Assembly: GCA_050506795.1 (NCBI GenBank)
Contig: JBJHCF010000027.1
Span: forward strand, 1-64,000
DNA length: 64,000 bases
DNA from: Opitutia bacterium
GTDB lineage: Bacteria > Verrucomicrobiota > Verrucomicrobiia > Opitutales > T3Sed10-336
Direction: 5' to 3'
Positions 28,201 to 35,998 of the stretch are shown here, in pieces. The first letter of the stretch is position 1; every line of letters starts with the position of its first letter. Both the position numbers and the translations under genes were made by a program. The notes under the pieces were generated by a model. That model searched no databases. It saw only the letters and a list, made by a program, of their open reading frames with translations, and was not told where the DNA came from.

Positions 28201-28318
28201 CCAGCCAATCCGGCGTGAGATCACCGGATTGCAAGGCTTCCAGGCTTTCGACGCTTTCGCTCTTGTCGCTGAAGCCTTTACGCGGCGTTAGGAGGGCTGA
28301 AAGCGTGTGTTCAGGCAT
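25247..28318 (-). CDS. DUF499 AAA+ ATPase with C-terminal Fn3-associated domain
   Basis: QSMGGGKTH, LLDELP, YPF.P, FQQTRG.LRL and YTTDG..P motifs. Confidence 0.9.
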   Translation of the reverse strand: MPEHTLSALLTPRKGFSDKSESVESLEALQSGDLTPDWLEANYPTRNLQTVVETVFGRLDGRSGTVGFHLQQSMGGGKTHTLLCLGLLGKEPRLLTKYFPEVKVADENPVRIVCIDGRANHRNGIWGTVAEQLGKASTFGHLYSPLTAPDPADWRKLLEGERVLILLDELPFYLDKSTAVSVGNSNLCKVTATALTTLMVACSGGPETKRTAIVMADLNAEAYPDGSQTIQQITTQVLATLGGEAERILEDLQPIELETNDLYKILRKRLFKEDPEMSAVKAVSEAYREALRKAADNHYCSGDPTRLAGDIEETYPFSPAIKHLAARFRNNAGFQQTRGMLRLFSRVIAHLYESGKASNILLIGPEHVDLAEKPIRDQIKRVNDAMQNALARDFYQTGGTANLQQAEDSGPVSREDLNAAARIILFASLSHKESELGLTPSQLGTWFAAPARDITALPAIWARLQETCDYLHRTDPDNKLLFRPIENILVWVRRRAAELAETTVRKRVAAKLEELFKPDAGSAYQKVEAFPSIADLTLDKERTTLVILSPQNRESLPEEALNFWKNQRYKNRLLFLTGLKNGFANLSEHTRKLIATEEALDRKDVGATERRMLEEQKERAMTAFREAIIQCFDTVFFPVDNESFDRASFRLEYKDDSYRGAQQVTAELQNVGKFQLWDESNVTSNRDYAQEELFDSKVMRWSDVKENAAIRPTWIMTPPGWLDQLKLACTGSDWWRDVGSDQVERGPFERKTALAVIPLGQRDGVARLSLKPTPQGAVVKWCPGETFDESKAATVEDLTAFETSELKVVFRCTDPDGQWQTGTDQTWQGKPELKRGQNPRPVEFQATHGAEIWYTTDGTKPEPGKATKYVGPITPPDGCTVIQAVAETKGVYSAPVSASISEKGPRKGKVRYRGDLSPKGASQINAALSNLSAAKAEIEVANVRLSLDGGGAVELQIQDSSFSPEAIRKQIEAVVGALGDIKDQGEERLLELMQLFFPNAQAFEDWVKKQGVRYKESEVEYVE

Positions 28319-28610
28319 GATTATCAGGTTCTTATGCGGATCCGGTTTAAGGAAAAGGTAGGCCTTGAAGTCGGGTAAACTTCTCGTCAGAAGAATACCG
28401 AACGGAGCGGCGGGCTGTCGTGCCCAAGGAAAGTATGATCAACAACCGTCTATCGGGATTATCCTCCAAGGTTTGATGCTTGTTGAGCATTAAGCAGAAT
28501 CCGTAACCCACGCATCTTTCAAGGGCAAGGCTTCTCTCGGGTTCGCTCGGGAGTGCGAACGAATGGTTACAGGAGGTCGATCATTGTCGTCAGCAGAATG
28601 GGGCGGTTTT

Positions 28611-29318
28611 TTAATAAACGATCTCCATCCGCAGCCCGTGTCGGTCGTATTCCGGCTCGGTTGGAAGAATTCCGGCCTGTCCCGAGACCAAACGCTCAGC
28701 CGACCAGAGCATGGCGAGGGCGTCGATGAGGTCGTCTTGCGCCGCACCTTTGCCGCGGATCTGGGACCAGAGGTCGGCGACGAGTCCCTGGGCGAAATGG
28801 GATTCGATTAATCGAATGCGTTCAGCCCGGCCGGTGATTCTTTTCTTGGGAAATTCCATCGGGCGGCCGGCCCAGGTGGCGAAGCTGACTTCCGGGTGGC
28901 CTTCTCGGGCCTTTGATTGTCCGGGGTCGTGTTTGCGAATGACTTCGTCGATCTCCCGGATTTTCCCCGTGATGCCCCAGGCTTGCCGCGACATCCCCTT
29001 GCCCTCGACGGAGCGCCGAATTTCGGAGGCAGCTGCCCAACTGGCCGCATGCAGTACTGGTCGGATGGGGGCGGAGAAAAGGCTTGTTCTGCGTGGCCAG
29101 CCGAGATAGCGGCGGGCTTCGATGTCGGCTTTGCGTGGACCGGTTTCCTGAAGACCGATCGGGACATCGATCAATAGGAGGTGTTCGGGAAGGAGAGCGC
29201 GAAACAGGGTGTCGCCGTCCGGAAAGATCTCCGCCGTGACCGGGCCGGTCGCAACGCGGCGGACCACCAACCACCCCGAGCGGCATCCGTCAGCACCTGC
29301 GATTCCTGGAGTATTCAT
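28611..29318 (-). CDS. DUF429 predicted nuclease (RNase H-like)
   Basis: GADGCRSGW, IDVPIGL, R.AD..AR, EGHPEVSF, DDLIDA and G(L)RMEI motifs. Confidence 0.8.
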   Translation of the reverse strand: MNTPGIAGADGCRSGWLVVRRVATGPVTAEIFPDGDTLFRALLPEHLLLIDVPIGLQETGPRKADIEARRYLGWPRRTSLFSAPIRPVLHAASWAAASEIRRSVEGKGMSRQAWGITGKIREIDEVIRKHDPGQSKAREGHPEVSFATWAGRPMEFPKKRITGRAERIRLIESHFAQGLVADLWSQIRGKGAAQDDLIDALAMLWSAERLVSGQAGILPTEPEYDRHGLRMEIVY

Positions 29319-29561
29319 CTGTGGAAAAGACCTGAGATTGATCGATCTGTGGCAAGGGACCTCGAAGGTGTAGGCGAGATCGAGGAGGGTTTGGACGGTG
29401 AGGGTCTCCAGAATAAAGCGGTAATTGAGTAGAACGTAACATGTATAGGCGTGCGGATAGTGTCGAGGAAACGGAAATCACTGTTGCGGCAACTCATGGA
29501 CAGCAGCCCATAATTACAAATACTTGGCATTGTTTCGACTGATCGCTTTGAAGAGGCAGAG

Positions 29562-30839
29562 CTATTGAGTAGCCTGAAACCGCACCATTGTATCGACATC
29601 TTCAGCGGGAACGATGTTGAAGAAACGCTCGGCTTCCGATTTGTCGGTCAGGGCTCGGTAGTGCTCGAAGAGGATGTCGTCGTTCTTGTGGCCAAGCTTG
29701 GCTGCGGTCGCGGCGGCGTTGTCTGAGAAGGCAAAATCATAGGAGCCGAAGGAATGGCGGAGGCAGTTCGTCGGCCAGGGGTCGATTCCGGCGAATTTGC
29801 CCAAGCGGGCCAATCGGTCCTCTGCCCCTGGGGGCGCAATTGGGTCATCGGGGGCGCCTGAGCATGTGGCGAGCCATTCCCCGGCGTTTGCCGGGATCGG
29901 CACATTACGGAGACGCCGTTTCTTCGCGATCCGGGCGCTCACGGTTACCCAACCGGCGGAAAGGCGGACGTCGCCCCATTTGAGCTGCATGAGTTCGGTT
30001 GAGCGCAGACCGCAGAAAAGTCCCAGGACGACCCACGGCAACAGTCCAAGTCCCCTGCCCTCCTCGGAGATCGCAGCAGCGAGAAGTGCTTCCGCCTGCT
30101 CAGGTTTGAGGATTACCGGTGGTTCGCGGTCGATGGTTGGCCGGGGCACCGCGAGTAACGGATTGTCGCTCCGGTAGGCAGAGGCCGTGAAACCACGTTT
30201 ATCCCGTCGACCGCACGCGAAGTGGAAAAGGACGCTGAGGGCTCGGTAGTTGTTGTCGCGTGTTTGCTCCCCGATGGTTTGGTCCGCATAAAGCCAGGTG
30301 TCGATTTCTTGGGAGGTGACGGACGTTATGGTTCGACTTCCGAAGGTCTTGGCAAACATCCCCAGTCGACTCCGCAGATCTTGCAGATAACGGGGCCGCA
30401 TCCTCTGGCGATTCTCCTTAAACTCAATTAGTTCGTCGATCAAAGCCTGGATGGAAATATGACCGGCAGGGGGTCGGGCATGCTGGGTGTAAAATTCAGC
30501 GGCTTCGGTCAAGCTGACACCCAGCGAGGCAAGCGTTTCGAGCGCCCGGGCCGCGTCAGCTCGGGCGGCATCCGAGAGCAGGAAAGCGTTTGTGCCGGAA
30601 CGTTCTTTCTGGTCGTGCATCGCCCGGGCGTAGGTGTCCGCCTCTTCGCGGGACGGGAACTGCTTGACGGTACGCCGGTGTCCCGTCAACCGGGCGCCAA
30701 CCTCGACCCGCCAGGAGAAAGCACCGCCGGAACGATTCAGACGCTTCCGGATCCGGATCCCCGGGAAGGGTTGTTCAACCGGGTTTTTCGCTTTCCCACC
30801 GTTTCGTCCGAGGCATCGCGATTTTGTCGTCGTGGTCAT
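29562..30839 (-). CDS. Tyrosine recombinase 2
   Basis: GLRSTE, AK, NCLRHSFGSY, LGH and HY motifs. Confidence 0.9.
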   Translation of the reverse strand: MTTTTKSRCLGRNGGKAKNPVEQPFPGIRIRKRLNRSGGAFSWRVEVGARLTGHRRTVKQFPSREEADTYARAMHDQKERSGTNAFLLSDAARADAARALETLASLGVSLTEAAEFYTQHARPPAGHISIQALIDELIEFKENRQRMRPRYLQDLRSRLGMFAKTFGSRTITSVTSQEIDTWLYADQTIGEQTRDNNYRALSVLFHFACGRRDKRGFTASAYRSDNPLLAVPRPTIDREPPVILKPEQAEALLAAAISEEGRGLGLLPWVVLGLFCGLRSTELMQLKWGDVRLSAGWVTVSARIAKKRRLRNVPIPANAGEWLATCSGAPDDPIAPPGAEDRLARLGKFAGIDPWPTNCLRHSFGSYDFAFSDNAAATAAKLGHKNDDILFEHYRALTDKSEAERFFNIVPAEDVDTMVRFQATQ

Positions 30840-30938
30840 CCTTGTAGGCTCCTTCCTGAACGCACACCGGGCGCTTTTATGTATTCGGCAAAGGCGATCC
30901 GTCTGGAATCGGTAGCTGGTTGAGGGATTCGTTGCGAA

Positions 30939-32381
30939 TCATTGGTCTGTAGGCACGGGTTCTCCGTTGTCCGGTTCCTGGGTAGACTGCTGAGGTTCTT
31001 CCTGGTCAAATTTCGGGGCGAAGCGTGCTTTCTTCCCGGTGTAGACCTCCCGGGTCAGGGTTATGCTCGAATGCCGCAACTGGCTACTGGCAGCGAAAAT
31101 CCCGTATTGCTGGTTCACGATGCTCCCGAACTCCTTCCTGAGCGTGTGGATCGGGCTTTGGCTGGTAATCCCCTTCGTGCGAAGCCAAGCAGTGAGTTTG
31201 ACGAAGATCCGTTCACAGCGATAGTAGCGCTGGCTGTTTACTTTGCGGGCTGGGGTCTTCTCCAGTACAACAAAAGCGGAATCGACTCGGCTGTTCCTGA
31301 ACTGCTGGAGCAAGGTAAGCAATTCCGGGTCAACGTCGACGTCCTCCTCTGAACCGGCCGACTTCAATTCGCCGTGCTCGGTCGTTTCCAGCCGGATGAT
31401 TCCTTTTTGAGGGTCCACCTGTTTCCAGGTCAGCTGATCGATCTCGCCGCGACGCAGTCCAGCGCCAAGAGCCAACAGGAAGACCTTGAACTGTTCACGG
31501 CGCTCCTTCGCGTCGGCAATCGATCGTTTCAGATTCTTCGATCCGTCGAGAACGATCGACGGAACCTCGACGCCCAGCTCTTCACGTGCAGCGGCCATCA
31601 AACCTGCCGCCTCGATACCCGACCTGTAGCGGCCTTTACCTACCTTCGCGAATTCGACTTCGTGAAACGGGTCATCAAGCGGTAGATTTATTTGGATAAA
31701 TTTCCTAACCTTTTTGGAAAACAAGGACTTGGAGCAGCGAAGAATCGAATTGAAGGTAACACGCGCGCGCTTTGCGGCAAGAGGGTCAGCTTCCCGCTCA
31801 CGAAGAAAGCGAACCTTCCACGCCTGTATAGCGTCTGGTGTGATCCGGTCCAGCTTTACGGCATGAACCTTCTCCAACCATTCCTTATGCCCACCGTGGT
31901 GGTAATCGTGCTTCTGAGGTCCGCCCTCGATTCGAACGATCCCGGCAACCAGGCGGCGAAACTTCCGAGCGTAGTCGCCGTAAGTAGCGGCTCGTAACCC
32001 AGCCCTCACCTCGATCTCCCCGAGAAACTGCCCCACCGTCGGCGACTTGAGCTTTTCTGCCGTTTTCGGCTTGTACCGGTCAAGGGTGGCCTCCCACCCG
32101 TTGGCGACGAGGAATCGGTAGATCGTCCTCGCCTTGGATGCCGCCGCGTCGCGGTTTTGAGTAGAGAGATTGAACCAGGCCTCCCGGTTACGAAACTTCA
32201 TCCGAACCTGGAAGTCCGGGATCAATTTGCCATTTGGATTTCGGCGCTGACGCACTCTCTGCTTCCAAAAGAGAATCGTGTCTCGCCCCAAGGAGGTTTG
32301 AGCCTTTGTATCTCCCTTGTGTCCCCTTTGTGTCCCCTTTTTTCCGCTTTCAAGCGATAATTCATGCGACGTTGTGCCCAC
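30939..32381 (-). CDS. Tyrosine recombinase 1 (probable island integrase)
   Basis: AAGGAGG RBS 6 nt before the GTG; GLRRGE, LKS, HTLRK, QLRH and VY motifs; adjacent to attR. Confidence 0.9.
   Translation of the reverse strand: MGTTSHELSLESGKKGTQRGHKGDTKAQTSLGRDTILFWKQRVRQRRNPNGKLIPDFQVRMKFRNREAWFNLSTQNRDAAASKARTIYRFLVANGWEATLDRYKPKTAEKLKSPTVGQFLGEIEVRAGLRAATYGDYARKFRRLVAGIVRIEGGPQKHDYHHGGHKEWLEKVHAVKLDRITPDAIQAWKVRFLREREADPLAAKRARVTFNSILRCSKSLFSKKVRKFIQINLPLDDPFHEVEFAKVGKGRYRSGIEAAGLMAAAREELGVEVPSIVLDGSKNLKRSIADAKERREQFKVFLLALGAGLRRGEIDQLTWKQVDPQKGIIRLETTEHGELKSAGSEEDVDVDPELLTLLQQFRNSRVDSAFVVLEKTPARKVNSQRYYRCERIFVKLTAWLRTKGITSQSPIHTLRKEFGSIVNQQYGIFAASSQLRHSSITLTREVYTGKKARFAPKFDQEEPQQSTQEPDNGEPVPTDQ
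32307..32339 (+). repeat. Putative integrase arm-type sites (right), inside the integrase CDS
   Basis: tgtatctccct tgtgtcccctt tgtgtcccctt. Confidence 0.65.
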
Positions 32382-32468
32382 GATATTCCTCCTTAAAGTG
32401 TTTGTTTAAGCTACTTTATTGCAGACACTAGCGAGCGGACGCAATCATAAAAGAACGTCTTGAGTCAG

Positions 32469-32515
32469 GGACTGAAAATCCTTGTGTCCCCGGTTCGATT
32501 CCGGGTCTCGCCACC
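32469..32515 (+). repeat. attR core (displaced 3' part of tRNA-Phe)
   Basis: Identical to 3642-3688. Confidence 0.95.
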
Positions 32516-32563
32516 GAAACAAAAAAGGCCTTAAGATCAAGATCTTACGGCCTTTTTTGTTTC
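32516..32563 (+). terminator. Original tRNA terminator, likely bidirectional
   Basis: gaaacaaaaaaggccttaagatc-aa-gatcttacggccttttttgtttc. Confidence 0.8.
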
Positions 32564-33348
32564 TCTTCCTGGGTTCCTCCGTGGTTGGTGGTGGGGCCGG
32601 GCTGGAGCCCAGCGTTCCCAGGGGGCAGAAGCATGACCCGGGAACCCCGAGCTCCAGCTCGGGCGTCCACATCTTTCCGGGCGTCCACATCTTTCCGGGC
32701 GTCCACATCTATCCGGGCGTCCACATCTTTCCGGGCATCCGTACTGTTTCCGGAGTCCGAACCTTCCGCTGCCGCACTGCTCCACGGCCAGTCCTCCGGT
32801 AAATCGCACAGGCCGGCTTTTACCGGGTTGCGGTGGATGTAGTCGACCACCTGATGAAAGTGTCGTTCGTCGCGAATAAAACGATCCCAGTATTCGCGCA
32901 TCCAAAAGGCCTTCCCGGGAACGCCGAGCTCCAGCTCGGAATTCCACTCCATCGCCCGGCGCCCGGTGAAGGATTTCCACGACTGCACGATCTTCGATAG
33001 TTCGGCGACGGGACGGATCAGGACGTGGACGTGGTTGGGCATGATACACCAGGCTACGAGATCGTAACGGTCGCCATCGAACCGCAACAGGGCATCCTGA
33101 ACCAGGGCGGCGACCCGGGGATTTCGCAGAGCGCAGCATCCGATGCCTGAGTCGAGCCACGCTTCGATTCGTCGACGGCGTTCGGCCTCGATTTGTTCGT
33201 CGGGAAGAAGCGCAAGTTCTTCCTCCAGGGCGCGCAGGGTTTCGCGCGGAAGCGAGTCCGCAAGCCGAAAGGTGATGCTTTGGAAGTGCAGGCGGGTGTC
33301 GCAGTGCGGGAGATAGCGGCGATGCCATTTGGGGAGTGGGGTGTTCAT
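32545..33348 (-). CDS. rayT: REP-associated tyrosine transposase (RAYT) 2
   Basis: RRYLPH, ITFRLADSLP, CIMPNHVH, SWKSFT, FW.REYWDR.IR, YIHRNPVKAGL and WPWSS motifs; the C-terminus runs through repeats. Confidence 0.9.
   Translation of the reverse strand: MNTPLPKWHRRYLPHCDTRLHFQSITFRLADSLPRETLRALEEELALLPDEQIEAERRRRIEAWLDSGIGCCALRNPRVAALVQDALLRFDGDRYDLVAWCIMPNHVHVLIRPVAELSKIVQSWKSFTGRRAMEWNSELELGVPGKAFWMREYWDRFIRDERHFHQVVDYIHRNPVKAGLCDLPEDWPWSSAAAEGSDSGNSTDARKDVDARIDVDARKDVDARKDVDARAGARGSRVMLLPPGNAGLQPGPTTNHGGTQEEKQKRP
32660..32731. repeat. 18-bp tandem repeat x4
   Basis: cgggcgtccacatctttc. Confidence 0.9.
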
Positions 33349-33360
33349 TTGGGTATTTGG

Positions 33361-33435
33361 AGGGGAGGGGGGCGAAGGGGAGGGGGGCGAAGGGGAGGGG
33401 TCGGGTTAAGGGGAGGGGCCGAGTTAAGGGGGGAG
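33361..33435 (+). repeat. G-rich 15-18 bp tandem repeats
   Basis: aggggaggggggcga x2, aggggaggggtcgggtta, aggggaggggccgagtta. Confidence 0.75.
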
Positions 33436-33481
33436 GCCGAGCTGGTGCTCGGCGTTCCCGGGGGGGCGTGCTGGGGCTCGA

Positions 33482-34657
33482 TCAGTCTTCGATCACAACC
33501 CACTCCATGTTTTCCGCGCCGCGGTAGATGGCGGTCATGACGCGTTGAGTGTAGGCGGAACTGTCCACGCTGACCAGCGGCGCGTCGGCTTCATCGGCGA
33601 CCGCCTGCAGGAAAAGCTGCAGGGGATTCGGCCATTGGCCGGGAAGACCGGTTGCGCGGCCGGCATCGTCCGCTTTGCCATCCATCCCCGGACCGGCAAG
33701 GTAAAGGACTCCCTCGGTGATCCGGGCGTGGCCTTCTGTGCCTGAAATCTCCAGGGTATTGGGGTTGGCGTGAAAGACCCAACCCGCACCCACTGTGCCT
33801 ACGGCGCCGGAAGCGAACCGAATGATGGCTTCGCCGTATTCATCGGTTCCCTCATACCGATCCAGAGCCGTATCCACATGTCCCGTCGCGGCTACGGCCA
33901 CATCGCCGGCCGCGTCCATCAGGTAAAGCATCAGATCGAGCACGTGGGTCCCGAGATCACCGAAACCGCCGACCCCGGCCTGCTCCGTATCCGCCATCCA
34001 ACGCCACTCCCCGTCAAACCACCCACCCAGTGCCCCGCTGTGCATCATGGTGGTGCGAATATTGGTGATGCGACCGAAGGCGCCTTCCTCAATAAGTTCC
34101 CGCACACGTTGGTGATTCGAAAGACCGCGCTGAAAATACCCCGTCTGGTAGATCACCCCGGCATCCCTGATTTGTTGGGCCAGGATCCCGGCCTCATCGG
34201 CGTTCAAACCGAGCGGTTTGTCGTGAAAGACGTGTTTGCCCGCCTCGACCGCCGCCGAAATGAGGTCCAGGTGCAAATTGGTTTGGGAAACGATGACCAC
34301 CGCGGACACCTCGTCGTCGTCCCAGATCACGGAAAGGTCTTCGACGACCTCGCCGCCCGCCGAACTCTGGCGCGCACGGGCGACCGCCGGATCGGGATCC
34401 CACACATAACGCACCTCGATGCGGTCGTGAGCGCCCAGTTGATCGGCAAAACCGGGAGCGTGAATATGCGCCCCGCCGACCAGCGCGACCGTAACCCTCT
34501 GCTCCTCGGCCAGCACGGCGGCGGGAGAGACCGCAAGCGCAACGGAAGCAACGACAGCCATCAGGCCGCGACGCGTTAACCCGCTTGCCGCTCGTCTTTG
34601 AATCCGGTCGGGAGCGGTGTCGGAAAAATCATTTTCGCCAAAATTAAAATCACTCAT
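33482..34657 (-). CDS. Gfo/Idh/MocA oxidoreductase with probable Tat signal
   Basis: TRRGLM..hydrophobic..AVLA; GKHVFHDKPL; GG.GDLGTH.LD. Start uncertain. Confidence 0.85.
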   Translation of the reverse strand: MSDFNFGENDFSDTAPDRIQRRAASGLTRRGLMAVVASVALAVSPAAVLAEEQRVTVALVGGAHIHAPGFADQLGAHDRIEVRYVWDPDPAVARARQSSAGGEVVEDLSVIWDDDEVSAVVIVSQTNLHLDLISAAVEAGKHVFHDKPLGLNADEAGILAQQIRDAGVIYQTGYFQRGLSNHQRVRELIEEGAFGRITNIRTTMMHSGALGGWFDGEWRWMADTEQAGVGGFGDLGTHVLDLMLYLMDAAGDVAVAATGHVDTALDRYEGTDEYGEAIIRFASGAVGTVGAGWVFHANPNTLEISGTEGHARITEGVLYLAGPGMDGKADDAGRATGLPGQWPNPLQLFLQAVADEADAPLVSVDSSAYTQRVMTAIYRGAENMEWVVIED

Positions 34658-34809
34658 CCTGCTGTGCTTTATAAACATATCGCGTCTCGGTTTTCGGTTG
34701 ATTCGTAGAAAGCTTCTTTATACCAACCCGGGAGAGTCGTTCAAGCATGATTCGAACCCATGAGGGCTTTTGGCTGGCCACAACCGGCGAAACCCGATCA
34801 CCTTTACAC

Positions 34810-35985
34810 ATGAAAACTGCAACCTCATCCAAAGGCCTTAAAGGTCACCCCGGTCCCATTCTGCGAAGCGGTATGTTATTCTCCCTCGCGGTGATGAGTT
34901 TTCTTTTCGTCCGCTCCGATACAAACGCGCAGGCTCAATCCGGGTCCGATGATCCGGTTACGCTGGTCGTGGCCGGGCTGTCCCACGGGCATTCGCATTG
35001 GATCTTCCAGGACCGGTTCGTCGCCGACGTGGACGTCATTGGTATCCATGAACCCAACACCGCCCTTGTTGAGCGATTCAAGAACTCCTACAATCTGGAC
35101 GCCGGTTTATTTTATGACGATCTGGAATTCATGCTGGATGAACTCGAACCCGAGGGGTTGTTGGCGTTCGGATCCATTTACGACCATCTGGCCGCGGTTG
35201 AGGCGGCCGCGCCGCGCGGCATCCATGTCATGGTGGAGAAGCCGCTCGCGGTGAGCATGGAGCACGCAGAACGAATGGAAACCCTGGCCCGGGAACACGG
35301 CATACACCTTTTGACCAACTACGAAACCTCCTGGTACCCCAGCACCGAGAGAACCTATCAACTGCTGAATCATTCCGGTGAAAGGTTTGGCAAGCTGAGG
35401 AAAGCCCTGTTCCAGCACGGCCACATGGGCCCCCAGGAAATCGGAGTCGGACCGGAGTTTTTGGAATGGCTCACCGATCCGAAATTGAATGGCGGCGGGG
35501 CATTGATCGATTTCGGCTGTTACGGGGCGAACCTCATGACCTATCTGACCGGCGGCGAGAGACCGCTAACAGTGACCGCGGTAACCCAGACGCACAAACC
35601 CCACATCTATCCGGACGTCGATGATGAGGCGACTATCATCGTAACGTATCCGGAATCCCAAGCCATTATCCAAGCATCCTGGAACTGGCCGATCGACCGC
35701 AAGGACATGGAGATCTACGGGGAAAGCGGCTACATTATCGCCCCCAACCCGAACACCGTGCGCACCGGAGGACAACGCGGTTCCCAACGGTCGACCGAAA
35801 GTGTCGATGCAATCGACGTCGGTATCGAAACCAATCCCTTCAACTATTTTGCGGACGTAATCCGGGGCACGATCGAAGTGGAGCCTTACAGCCTGTACAG
35901 TTTGGAAAACAACCTGCTGGTGGTTGAGATCCTCGATGCTGCGCGGCGTTCCGCTCAGACCGGCCGCACCATCCAACTCGACTGA
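34810..35985 (+). CDS. Gfo/Idh/MocA oxidoreductase, exported
   Basis: GIHVMVEKPLA and GGGALIDFGCYG motifs; signal-like N-terminus. Start uncertain. Confidence 0.85.
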   Translation: MKTATSSKGLKGHPGPILRSGMLFSLAVMSFLFVRSDTNAQAQSGSDDPVTLVVAGLSHGHSHWIFQDRFVADVDVIGIHEPNTALVERFKNSYNLDAGLFYDDLEFMLDELEPEGLLAFGSIYDHLAAVEAAAPRGIHVMVEKPLAVSMEHAERMETLAREHGIHLLTNYETSWYPSTERTYQLLNHSGERFGKLRKALFQHGHMGPQEIGVGPEFLEWLTDPKLNGGGALIDFGCYGANLMTYLTGGERPLTVTAVTQTHKPHIYPDVDDEATIIVTYPESQAIIQASWNWPIDRKDMEIYGESGYIIAPNPNTVRTGGQRGSQRSTESVDAIDVGIETNPFNYFADVIRGTIEVEPYSLYSLENNLLVVEILDAARRSAQTGRTIQLD

Positions 35986-35998
35986 GAGCCCGAACAAT

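Larger units (their letters stand above)
32596..33462. repeat. REP family C, four copies (consensus ccYgggaacgccgagctccagctcggc)
   Basis: Copies at 32596-32622 (-), 32637-32663 (+), 32914-32940 (+, inside the RAYT core) and 33436-33462 (-). Confidence 0.8.

Noticed and set aside
11891..28318. Canonical BREX or DISARM system
   Set aside because: No PglZ, BrxL or DrmA/B recognised; the gene set fits the DUF499/DUF3780/DUF1156 restriction-like system.
3690..32468. Prophage or ICE
   Set aside because: No capsid, tail, terminase, relaxase or T4SS genes seen.
32469..32515. Second tRNA-Phe gene
   Set aside because: Lacks the 5' acceptor strand and D-arm; it is attR.
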